Positions 10,330-19,024 of a DNA stretch of 64,000 bases are shown here, in pieces (position 1 is the first letter of the stretch; each line of letters opens with the position of its first letter). The DNA lies in the IMG/VR virus record IMGVR_UViG_3300034073_003340, positions 1 to 64,000 of that record; one strand, 5' to 3'. The notes below the pieces were generated by a model. That model saw only the letters and a list, made by a program, of their open reading frames with translations, made no database searches and had not been told where the DNA came from. The position numbers and the translations under genes are program-made.

Positions 10330-11142
10330 ATGTATTACGTTTATACCTTGTGTGATCCAAGAAGAGATGACCAACCATTTTATGTTGGCAAGGGATCACG
10401 AGACCGATGTAAGTCCCATCTATATGAAACGTATCAGAATACGAGCAATCGCCGCAAGTGGTGTAAGATAGCTGCTATTAAGAAGTCCGGGCTTGAAGTT
10501 ACTATCAAAAAGATTCAAGAGGATTTATCAGAGTCTGATGCTTATGATCTGGAAGAAGAATTAATCAAGAAGTACGGTAGAATAGGCTATGAATCCAATG
10601 GCATCTTAACCAACATATGTGAATCTTCTCGTCCTCCCTCTGCTAAAGGAAGAATGATATCAGATGAAACTCGTAGAAAGCATAGTGAACGCCAAAAAGG
10701 TCCACTAAATCATAGATATGGTATCAAGATGTCAGATGAGGAAAAGGAATATAGGCGTCGATTTAATTTAGAAAATGGTATCAGACCGCCTGATAGGACA
10801 GGGGTTTCCCACACTGAAGAGACCAAAATCAAGATGAGTCTAGCCAGCAAAGGTAAGAAGAAAAGCCCTGAGCATTGTAAGGCGATTGGTGAAGCTCGTC
10901 GTGGAAAATCTCTAGGACCATGTTCCAATGAGAAAGCCAAGAAAATAGCAGAATCACAGTATAGAAACTATCAGCTTACTAGCCCTGAAGGTAAAAATTA
11001 CACAGTGAACACAAGTAAACTAAGAGAGATGATAAAGATATTCAATTGGTCATATGGGGGAATCATGGCAGCTAAAATTGCTGGGAGAAAATATCGAGGT
11101 TGGACTATTTTAGATCTGGGACGATCTAAAATACCAGATTAA
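10330..11142 (+). CDS. Free-standing GIY-YIG-type homing endonuclease with NUMOD3-like repeats
   Basis: YYVY...PFYVGKG...R...H catalytic module and basic GxxxSxETxxKxS repeats. Opposite strand to its neighbours. Confidence 0.85.
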   Translation: MYYVYTLCDPRRDDQPFYVGKGSRDRCKSHLYETYQNTSNRRKWCKIAAIKKSGLEVTIKKIQEDLSESDAYDLEEELIKKYGRIGYESNGILTNICESSRPPSAKGRMISDETRRKHSERQKGPLNHRYGIKMSDEEKEYRRRFNLENGIRPPDRTGVSHTEETKIKMSLASKGKKKSPEHCKAIGEARRGKSLGPCSNEKAKKIAESQYRNYQLTSPEGKNYTVNTSKLREMIKIFNWSYGGIMAAKIAGRKYRGWTILDLGRSKIPD

Positions 11143-12051
11143 CTAGTATTCCTGAACCGCGACGATTTTAGCCTTAGTGGTCAGATATTCCCAAAGAGGA
11201 TCATCAGTTGGTTTCCCAGCCCAATAATTTTCTGCGGCTGTTTTGAGTTCCTGGCTATCATAGTCGTGTCCGTCGTCTACCAGGGAAGATATAAGACTAG
11301 ACCAGTTCATATCATGCTTATAAACAGGCCCTAGAGGTTGTAAGGTGAACACGTATTCAGTTGAGCCTCCCGCCGAATCCAAATCATCTTCATTACTAAC
11401 CATGAAAACCGCATCACGGTGAGAAAGCTTGTCGGCTGGTCGATAGCGTTCTAGAACTTCAAAAAACGGCACATATCCCCAGTCACGATCATAATCACTT
11501 CCTCGACCGGTTAGGATCGTTCCTACGTCTAATTCATTGACGCTGGAGTGATAATAGAGACGAGTATTCAAAGATTCTTCCAGTTGTCCTGGAGTGATAG
11601 ATTTCATAAATTTCAGGAAAGTGGAGGTAGAAATGTTCCAATCTGTGGAATTTTCAACCATTCTTACCAAATTAGGCGCATACAGATCAAAATTAAAAAC
11701 CGCAGACTCAAAATCGTTGTATTCTCGTTCTATCCAATCAGCAATAGAATCATTGGTGACTTTTCCGTCGCCGTCAAACAGAGAACCCCTTACATAAACC
11801 GCAACGTGATAGACTCTAGCATCCGAAGTCAGAATATCTTCTGGCTCAGCTTCATCTCCATCTCCATATACGTCCTCACAGATTACTACTATTCTGGGGA
11901 CCTCACCTTGCTCTTCGAGAATCGTAGCCAAAGCCAAGGCAAATGTCCCACAGTTTCCTGAGAATAGATTACCACTACCAAAATGAGATTGGCAAGAATT
12001 TATCAAACCAACAATATCCAATTTGGATTCAGAGATTTCAGACCAGCGCAT
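11143..12051 (-). CDS. Two-domain protein: papain-like Cys-His-Asp domain plus Arr-like ADP-ribosyltransferase-like domain; probable head-packaged effector
   Basis: NCGTFALAL / YHVAVY / FDGDG in the N-half. LYYHSS...L-x-VGTIL...AVFMV...YW-x-G...WEYL in the C-half. Each domain is preceded by an xxES site. Late promoter upstream. Confidence 0.55.
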   Translation of the reverse strand: MRWSEISESKLDIVGLINSCQSHFGSGNLFSGNCGTFALALATILEEQGEVPRIVVICEDVYGDGDEAEPEDILTSDARVYHVAVYVRGSLFDGDGKVTNDSIADWIEREYNDFESAVFNFDLYAPNLVRMVENSTDWNISTSTFLKFMKSITPGQLEESLNTRLYYHSSVNELDVGTILTGRGSDYDRDWGYVPFFEVLERYRPADKLSHRDAVFMVSNEDDLDSAGGSTEYVFTLQPLGPVYKHDMNWSSLISSLVDDGHDYDSQELKTAAENYWAGKPTDDPLWEYLTTKAKIVAVQEY

Positions 12052-12064
12052 ACATATATTTAGT

Positions 12065-12100
12065 CATGGAAATAGCCCCAGTTTCCCAGGACCATTCCTT
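12065..12100 (-). terminator. Hairpin following the stranded Ro60 3' end (probable original Ro60 terminator)
   Basis: AAT-GGTCCTGG-GAAA-CTGGGGCT-ATT on the minus strand, just after the stranded TAA at 12106. Confidence 0.5.
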
Positions 12101-12105
12101 TTGCC

Positions 12106-12150
12106 TTACTTGCTGAAGAAGTCCGACATGATCTGCGGAGCCGCAGTGTC
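12106..12150 (-). pseudogene. Stranded duplicate of the last 14 codons of Ro60 (DTAAPQIMSDFFSK*)
   Basis: Translates to DTAAPQIMSDFFSK*, versus the current Ro60 end SQDAPQVMSDFFSK*. Same length and recoded codons. Confidence 0.92.
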
Positions 12151-12464
12151 AATAGGCTTTAATCATTTTACCATTTATAGCCATATTTTCAGTTAAGCAA
12201 AAATCTGGATTATTTTTCTGAATCTCTTTCTTCAATTCATCAATTTGCTTCTCTAGAAGCTTGATATGATTTTTCAAAAAAGTGATATCTGATTGTTTTG
12301 CTGGATCGTTTAGCATAGTTTCTCCATTTATATTCTTTGTTTTAGCATAGCAAATATAAATGTATTTTTCAATAAATAGGAGTGGTAAGCCAGAGGGGTC
12401 GGATCCTCTGGCAACCTAGCTTGGAGCAAACAGGCTGTCCCACTTGATATTTATTGGAGCTCAT

Positions 12465-13337
12465 ATGAGTCAGATCTGCGACTATGGCTGTGGTCGTCTT
12501 GCCACAACATTCAAACCCTATTCTAAACGCTGGTGCTGTGAAACATCTCAGAACAAGTGTCCTGCAATCAAGACCAAGCAGAATACCCAACAGGCGATCG
12601 AAGCCCGTAAGCAAGGTGTGAGGAGCAAATACGGGGTAGATAACATCTCACAAATACAAGCCGTTAAGGACAAGAAGATCGCAACTTGCTTGAGCAATTA
12701 CGGTGTTGAGAATCCCAATCAATCTTCAATCATCCGTCAAAAAGCTGAAGCCACTAACCTAGATAGGTATGGTGGAACAAATCCTCGTCATTGTGACAAA
12801 GTTAAGGAGAAAGGACGTCAGACTTGTCTTGAACGTTACGGAGTAGATAACGGAAGCAAGACTGAGCAAGCCAAAACAAAAATATCATCACACAAGCTAG
12901 GTCTCACTGATCAGGAAAAGCTACAGATAGCCAAGAGAAGAGAAGAAACTTGTTTAGAACGCTACGGAGTGAGGAATGTATCTCAGAACGAGAAGATCCA
13001 TTACTCTAAGCTAGTCACGGCCAGGGCCAAAACCTACACCTTTCCCTCAGGACAAATAGCAACGGTACAAGGATATGAACCACAGGTTTTAGATTCGTTA
13101 TTAAAAGCCGGTATTAGAGAGCAGGATATCAAAGTTGGACGTCGCAACGTGCCAACTATTCGCTATCACTATGAGGGCAAGGACAGATTCTATTTTCCTG
13201 ATATCTATATAGCCAGTCACAACTGGATCATTGAGGTCAAGAGTCTTTTTACATTCCGACTTGAACGCGAGAAGAACATGGCAAAAAGAGTAGCCACCAA
13301 AGCTGATGGCTACTCCTTTAGTTTCGTGATACGGTGA
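12465..13337 (+). CDS. Free-standing PD-(D/E)xK endonuclease with N-terminal Cys cluster and five YGVxN repeats (homing-type)
   Basis: CDYGCG...CC...CP; KYGVDN/NYGVEN/RYGGTN/RYGVDN/RYGVRN; YFPDIYI...IIEVKS. GGAG RBS before ATG 12465. Confidence 0.75.
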   Translation: MSQICDYGCGRLATTFKPYSKRWCCETSQNKCPAIKTKQNTQQAIEARKQGVRSKYGVDNISQIQAVKDKKIATCLSNYGVENPNQSSIIRQKAEATNLDRYGGTNPRHCDKVKEKGRQTCLERYGVDNGSKTEQAKTKISSHKLGLTDQEKLQIAKRREETCLERYGVRNVSQNEKIHYSKLVTARAKTYTFPSGQIATVQGYEPQVLDSLLKAGIREQDIKVGRRNVPTIRYHYEGKDRFYFPDIYIASHNWIIEVKSLFTFRLEREKNMAKRVATKADGYSFSFVIR

Positions 13338-15080
13338 TTACTTCGAGAAGAAATCGCTCATCACCTGGGGAGCATCCTGGCTAAAGCCAACTACGTCCAA
13401 CATACCAGCGTCCTTGGGGTCCGCAATGGTACAGCTGGTCGCAGTCATACCAACCACAACAGACTTAGCAGGGATGCCAGTCTTCTGTCGGTAAGTCTTC
13501 AGAGCCTGAGAAGGAGCCTGACGACCCGCATAGGTCTCGTTGTCCGTGTAGACAGCGAAGTTCTCCACGGGCAGCTTGTTATCAAGCGCCCACTCAAAGG
13601 GTAGCGAGCAGTCCGTGTTACCGAACGGCAGGCCCGAGATCGTGTTGATCACGTCATCCAGTCGCTGACGCGGACTGATCTTCAGGATCGACACCGGACC
13701 AGCATCCTTGACGTTGGCGTTCATGCGACCTCCATAGCCGTAACCATAGCCGCTACGACCACTGCCACCAGTGAATCCAATGAACTCATAAGAGTTCTCG
13801 ACATTCGCCGTGATCAACGCCATAGCCGCCGAAGCGTCACGAGCAGTTAGTCCCGGAATGTTGCCGATGGCAGCACTGCCCATGGACCCCGACACGTCAA
13901 GAGCTAGCAGCGTATTCTTGCCGGTCGGGGCCACATTGCCAAACGAGGCATAAAATGCCTGGTCGAGCGAGTCTACAACGCCGCGAACGACGTTCCAGGA
14001 CAGACTACCCTTGAAACCACGACCCTGACCGTAGGTCTTCATCGCAGCAAGGATAGCAATTGGGTGAACACGAGCCTTGCGAAGAGCCTCACCATCGGAA
14101 AGCTTGGCCTTGACCAGCTTCTCGGCGGCAGACATCGGAGTCAGAAGACCAACACTTGACATCTTGCCCAGGTTACGAATCATCGCAGTCAGCGACATGT
14201 TGGTCAGCAAAGCCTCCCAAACATTGGCATCGTTAAGGAACTGAGTGGGAATCGCCTCACGAGGAAGGTTGTGATCCACAATCAGCTGGATGATCTCCTT
14301 GGCAGAAGTTGCCTTCTTTGCCGCCTCAAATGCGAGAATCTGAGGGTGGAGAACACCAGACACGTCAGAACGGGACAGGCGAACCTCGCTTTCAAGATTT
14401 GCCGAGCCACGAACGTAGTCCGTAGCACCAACATTCGACATTCCACCAACCATCCAACGCAGGACAGCATCACGCGCAACATCGTCCGTCTTGGGGTGAC
14501 CCAGACGAAGCATGTCACGGTGCGACCATCCATCGCGCTGCTGATACTTGATCGCCTGGTTAGCCAGCCGGTCAAGTGGCATCTCTAGATACCAGTTACC
14601 TACTGCTCGACGTAGAGCGCGCCCCCAACCGCGAACGCCGTCCACAAAGGCAGCAAAGTGGAACAGATGGGTTCCAATCCGAGCGACCTTGGGTAGAGCG
14701 TCAAGAGCAGCCTTACGAGTTGCCTCGCTGTCAGCTGCCGATGCTAGAGCCAGAACGAATAGAGCAGGGTCGTTCTTGGGAGCGCGGCCAGAGTCACTGA
14801 TCTCTACCACACGATTTACAACGCGGATGCCATCCTCGTCAATTAGACGCAGGACGTTCTGAGCATTGGACTTGGTCAGCTCGCGCTCACCCACATAGTA
14901 GGTTCCACCCTCGGTTCCGAGGATCAGGAAGCGATCAAGCTGATCCCATGGAGAAACCACGAAGGTGAATCCACCGGCGTTATTCTTGGCCATTTCCGAC
15001 TCACGGCCCGGAATGGGCTGAGTCTGCGGCGTCTGCTTGGAAGCAATGGCACCCATCAGGACGTTCTTGGAATTACTCAT
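13338..15080 (-). CDS. rsr: Ro60/TROVE-vWA RNA-binding protein (Rsr)
   Basis: NNAGGFTF, LDRFLILGTEGGTYY, IKYQQRDGWSHRD, ALDVSGSM (MIDAS), VYTDNET and GMLDVVGF. GAGGAG RBS before ATG 15080. Confidence 0.95.
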   Translation of the reverse strand: MSNSKNVLMGAIASKQTPQTQPIPGRESEMAKNNAGGFTFVVSPWDQLDRFLILGTEGGTYYVGERELTKSNAQNVLRLIDEDGIRVVNRVVEISDSGRAPKNDPALFVLALASAADSEATRKAALDALPKVARIGTHLFHFAAFVDGVRGWGRALRRAVGNWYLEMPLDRLANQAIKYQQRDGWSHRDMLRLGHPKTDDVARDAVLRWMVGGMSNVGATDYVRGSANLESEVRLSRSDVSGVLHPQILAFEAAKKATSAKEIIQLIVDHNLPREAIPTQFLNDANVWEALLTNMSLTAMIRNLGKMSSVGLLTPMSAAEKLVKAKLSDGEALRKARVHPIAILAAMKTYGQGRGFKGSLSWNVVRGVVDSLDQAFYASFGNVAPTGKNTLLALDVSGSMGSAAIGNIPGLTARDASAAMALITANVENSYEFIGFTGGSGRSGYGYGYGGRMNANVKDAGPVSILKISPRQRLDDVINTISGLPFGNTDCSLPFEWALDNKLPVENFAVYTDNETYAGRQAPSQALKTYRQKTGIPAKSVVVGMTATSCTIADPKDAGMLDVVGFSQDAPQVMSDFFSK

Positions 15081-15097
15081 GATCTGTACTCCTCTTT

Positions 15098-15252
15098 TCG
15101 GCTCGTGAAACCCACGAGCAAGGTTGGCCTCTGACATCAAGGCCGGTAGTTCGATCTAGGGAGTGGGGTGACGGCCACTCGGCTCACAGCTTACGCTGTG
15201 ATTGAGAAACGGACGGTTTTCTATAGAAACACAAAGCGGACGGGCTTTGTGA
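15098..15252 (-). ncRNA. Structured RNA immediately upstream of rsr (leader or Y-RNA-like candidate)
   Basis: Six consecutive hairpins in about 155 nt. Three have CCGUC-containing loops and one has a GUAA tetraloop. Confidence 0.5.
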
Positions 15253-15259
15253 TAATGCC

Positions 15260-15562
15260 TTATAACTGGGCTTGGTTTGCCTCGTCAAGAGTCTTTTTTA
15301 GAACTTCTAGCACTTCTGCCTTGCTTCCAAAAATACCACTCATTGAGACTGGATTTGTAATAGCAACATGGATTACCGTCGGACTAAAAAATCTGATGAT
15401 TCCATAGCCTTCAAATCGACCGTTTCCAGGCTTGCGATTGTTCCATCTGGTTCGATACTTACCGCCCACACTGTAGACGTCATATCTATAATTGTTTTCG
15501 ATGCCCAGCAAATCTGAGACATCCTGGTAGAACTTTTCTACCTCACTGATTTCCTTTTCCAT
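15260..15562 (-). CDS. Phage hypothetical protein
   Basis: 100 aa ORF (RWNNRKPGNGRF motif) with TTGACA-N17-TTAAAT directly upstream. Confidence 0.7.
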   Translation of the reverse strand: MEKEISEVEKFYQDVSDLLGIENNYRYDVYSVGGKYRTRWNNRKPGNGRFEGYGIIRFFSPTVIHVAITNPVSMSGIFGSKAEVLEVLKKTLDEANQAQL

Positions 15563-15604
15563 ACTCTATTTAAGCATAGATTTGGAATCTTGTCAACTCA
15601 ATGG

Positions 15605-16425
15605 TTGTCGGGTAGCACGAACTCTACCCGACGAGGCTCCACCACCATATAGGTATTGGATAAAAGTAAAGGTCTCGTTCGTGAGACCACCCCTGCGTCA
15701 TCAACAACATGGCACTTTGGACCGCAAGGTCCGAAGAGCAAGTAACGAGGTGGACCGGGCTAGTGTATTGAGATCGAAATCTTAATACCTATATCTCCCT
15801 AAGCAGACCGAAGCCTGTTTCCATGTTGTTGAGTCAGCGTGTTAGGTTACTTTCTAGTAAGATAACCCACCATCATCGGCTCTCGATCTATTTATTTGGG
15901 GGTCTCCGGAGACCGAAGTCTCCGGAGGGCAAGTTGACTAGGTCTTTCCAGCGCCAACTTGCGGGGCTTGATAAATCAGATACTTGGTCTGATCACACCT
16001 ACTGAGTCCTATGCCTTTCAGACCCAACGCGTCTAGGGGAAGTTACTCAAGGCCCCCATGTTTCCGATCAAGGTAGTTAAGGAGGAACCAAATCTAGGCC
16101 TTATGACCGAAGCCCGCCTATCCTCTTTATTCGTTTTAATAGCGTTGGTGACACTATTTAAACTACTAAACCTCACCGTCGCACGCTAGGATGAGGGTGA
16201 GGGGTGATCCTTCCCTCAACATAACTACCATGTGGGACCGAAATCCCAGATCACTAGGGACACTCGCAAGCGCCCCGTCGCACTTTACCAGGTCGATTCC
16301 TGGACTTTTGTTCTCCTCCGGTGCCGTCCGGCAGATACCTTTATGTGTCAGCACACACCCCAGTCGCCAAGAACAAAATATATGGGTTCAAGAGCCTAGG
16401 CTCCTCCGTGCCGTTTAACCGTTGT
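15605..16425 (-). ncRNA. Large structured non-coding region, possibly three tandem ~250-280 nt RNAs
   Basis: No credible ORF. Five UUCG-capped hairpins, G-U pairs that only work on the minus strand, a 12-bp and an 11-bp long-range helix in pseudoknot order, and internal TAAATA motifs at 16155-16160 and 15889-15894. Confidence 0.7.
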
Positions 16426-16464
16426 ATATTAGATCCTTTTGAATCGCAATATTCTATTCATGGA

Positions 16465-16492
16465 AATGGAGAGAGTTTTACCTCTCTCCATT
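16465..16492 (-). terminator. Hairpin terminator after tail sheath
   Basis: AATGGAGAGAG / CTCTCTCCATT 11-bp stem just after the sheath stop. Confidence 0.7.
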
Positions 16493-16495
16493 CTC

Positions 16496-18910
16496 TTAGT
16501 TAAACAGAGCGCCTAAATCATCACCGGTGGCAACAATGCGAACCGGAATATAGATGAATTCAATTGCCTGAACTGGCTGGATAGCAATATCTACCCATAG
16601 TTCCTGGCGATCAATTCGCTCTGGTGTGTTGTTGGTTTCATCACAAACCACAATGAAGTCGTAAAGACCACGTAGACCTACTAGATCTGCTAGAAAACGC
16701 TCAAAGGTCGTTCTCACAGAATCTCGAGTCTGGAAGTCGTTTGGTTCAAAGAGGAACGGCTTGCTGATGTTATCCAAGTTGTAACGTAGGTAATTGACCA
16801 AACGAGCAACGTTGATGCGATCAAGAGCTGTTTCTAGGCTGTGACGAGTCTTCTGCCCATATACCACCAAACCACGATTTGGAATAAACGCGATTGGGTT
16901 GATCTTATTGGAATACAGAATATCACGCTGACCAGGGTTCAAGATAGCAGCCTTGAATTCACCCTCATCATCAAGATATCCAACGCTAGAGGCATTGTTA
17001 ACAAGACCACGAGTGAAACCAGCAGGAGCCATCCAAGGGTAGCTGATGCTATCATTGTAAGCCAGAGTTCTAAGAGCAATCGTCGACGGTGGGACCATGA
17101 TCTCGTTACCATCAACATTGGTGCTCAGACCCCATGGATAATACATACCAACATATGGGTTGAAAGTGCTGACACCATTTTCAGTGTTACCATTTCCAGC
17201 ATTGTTGGCAAACTCTGTGATTGCCGCGCCAGTTGGCTTCAAGCGGATTGGAGTGTCACCTACAATAAATGCCACTTCCTTCATGTCCGTGTTCAAAGTA
17301 ACCATCTCATCGATTAGTTCAATGTAACCAGGAGCAGCCAGGAGGTTAAAGTAAACCGTTTCTGCACGGATGTCTTCATTTGCGGAAATCGTTGCCGCAA
17401 GCGAGCGGACAATCATCTGACGCTGCGCACGACGTCCAAAGAACGGAACACCATTTGTCTGGAAGCCAGAAACGTTTGACCACTTGCCTTCAGAAGCATT
17501 GTATTGCTTGACGTCGTTGGTAGACGCAGCAAGATCAAACAACTTCATACCTTCAGCATAGTTGAGTGACTCGGTAGTTTCAGCTTCACCAAACGCAATA
17601 CCGTCAATTGGGTCAATGTTGTTTTCAACATTAATAACCTTCCACAAGCCACCGGTTCGACGATACATCTTTGGATAATTTTCCAAATCCGAAGTATCAA
17701 CCCAAAGATCGTTTTCGACCAGTGGAGCACCAGTGGACTGAACCGTTGGTGCCGATCCCAGCAGGATCACACCGTTGGCATCAGTTGCTGGATAAACTGT
17801 GCGGTATGGACGCCATTCTCCGCCTTGGTTAACCTTGACGTTTACTACTAGATTCTGGTTATTGAACCAGAGAGTTCCATCATCGGCTGTGTTGGTTGGC
17901 TCAGTCGCACTAGCTTCTTCCCCAAGAGCTTCCCAAACATCAGTATTTTCGTTATAACGAAGGAACTCAAAAACCGCACGAGTATCTTCATAACTCAAGA
18001 ATACTGAACCAGCAACTCTAGTTAGAGTGTTGACCTTTGACAAGCTGTAGATAGGAACTAGGGTTTCTGCCCAAATGCCAGTTCCGGCATTATAGGTTTT
18101 TAGAAGCCAGGTCGCTGCCGCACTAATGCTGGTAATAACATCAGGGGTATTGAGAACTAGAACGTCGCCAATGTTTCCAGTAGCAGGACGGAAATTGTTG
18201 TATTTTAGTTCCAGAGAAGCCGAAGATCCTTCAGCAACCTTAGCTGTCTTCCATTCTGGTGTTCCTACAACAAACCATTCGTCGGCAATACGCTGATAAA
18301 GAACCTTCTTTGAATACAACACTACCATGGCAAAATCACCATTGGCAGAATCTACCAGAAGAGGAACTTTCTGTCCAGGAATGATTTCAGGAGCCGCGCT
18401 ATCAAGAGAAGACTCATCTTCTACGATCCAAAGATCGCGCTCAGTCCATTCACTACCAGTATATTCGTAAATACCCCAGGTATTGTTTTGCGTATCTAGC
18501 CAGTTCGTGCCATTGGTAGCTTCGGCACGAGGCTCAGAAGCCTGTGGCATCAGCTGCCCATAGTCGATCGCAGCACGAATGACAAACGCACGGTTAGCAA
18601 TACCAAGATACTGGTAAGCAGCATGAAGACCATACTCGTTTAGTTCGTAACCATGAACGGCAGAGCCATTTCTGGTGTAAAAAATTGGGTTGCCAAACGT
18701 CTGGAGGAGTTCGCGCTGGCTCGTGATAGGGTAGAGCTTGTTCGCGTTCTCGGGCAAGGTGCCTTCGGCCACGCCGCTACCCGAAGGCAGAGACTTGAAT
18801 TCGTGCGTGCCGATAATAATCAGCGGAACAGTGCCTTCACCAGCCGTTGCGTAGTTGGATTCGTCGGTTACGGTAACAGATGTACCGGGCGACACTAGAG
18901 GATATACCAT
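16496..18910 (-). CDS. Tail sheath protein (T4 gp18-like)
   Basis: LVSPGTSVTVTDES N-terminus; YPWMAPAGFTRG, INPI, RINVARL, FLFEPND and PVQAIEFIYIP. Confidence 0.95.
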   Translation of the reverse strand: MVYPLVSPGTSVTVTDESNYATAGEGTVPLIIIGTHEFKSLPSGSGVAEGTLPENANKLYPITSQRELLQTFGNPIFYTRNGSAVHGYELNEYGLHAAYQYLGIANRAFVIRAAIDYGQLMPQASEPRAEATNGTNWLDTQNNTWGIYEYTGSEWTERDLWIVEDESSLDSAAPEIIPGQKVPLLVDSANGDFAMVVLYSKKVLYQRIADEWFVVGTPEWKTAKVAEGSSASLELKYNNFRPATGNIGDVLVLNTPDVITSISAAATWLLKTYNAGTGIWAETLVPIYSLSKVNTLTRVAGSVFLSYEDTRAVFEFLRYNENTDVWEALGEEASATEPTNTADDGTLWFNNQNLVVNVKVNQGGEWRPYRTVYPATDANGVILLGSAPTVQSTGAPLVENDLWVDTSDLENYPKMYRRTGGLWKVINVENNIDPIDGIAFGEAETTESLNYAEGMKLFDLAASTNDVKQYNASEGKWSNVSGFQTNGVPFFGRRAQRQMIVRSLAATISANEDIRAETVYFNLLAAPGYIELIDEMVTLNTDMKEVAFIVGDTPIRLKPTGAAITEFANNAGNGNTENGVSTFNPYVGMYYPWGLSTNVDGNEIMVPPSTIALRTLAYNDSISYPWMAPAGFTRGLVNNASSVGYLDDEGEFKAAILNPGQRDILYSNKINPIAFIPNRGLVVYGQKTRHSLETALDRINVARLVNYLRYNLDNISKPFLFEPNDFQTRDSVRTTFERFLADLVGLRGLYDFIVVCDETNNTPERIDRQELWVDIAIQPVQAIEFIYIPVRIVATGDDLGALFN

Positions 18911-19024
18911 AAACCAGCCCCTTTTGCAATCGGTGGATTTCGTTACCAGTATTTATCCAGCGCGCAGAAAGGTAGCGGTATTAAGTGCTAGGAGAACCTA
19001 ACCTAAATTTAGACTATAGTCAGA

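Noticed and set aside
15630-15650. tmRNA/tRNA 3' end (GGCTCCACCA on plus)
   Set aside because: No T-arm before it, no matching 5' acceptor strand (standard or permuted), and the G-U pairing pattern favours the minus strand.
15729-15945. Vertebrate Y-RNA-like GGTCCGAAG and TTGACTAG on plus
   Set aside because: The two motifs are 200 nt apart, flanking bases do not pair, and they are on the strand disfavoured by G-U pairs; likely chance.
15605-16290. Group II intron (GTGCG starts, CTACCCGAC end)
   Set aside because: No domain V hairpin with catalytic triad and bulge, no bulged A in the terminal hairpin, and no interrupted gene.
16289-16304. tRNA T-arm-like hairpin CCAGG-TCGATT-CCTGG
   Set aside because: The loop is one base short and there is no acceptor, D or anticodon arm.
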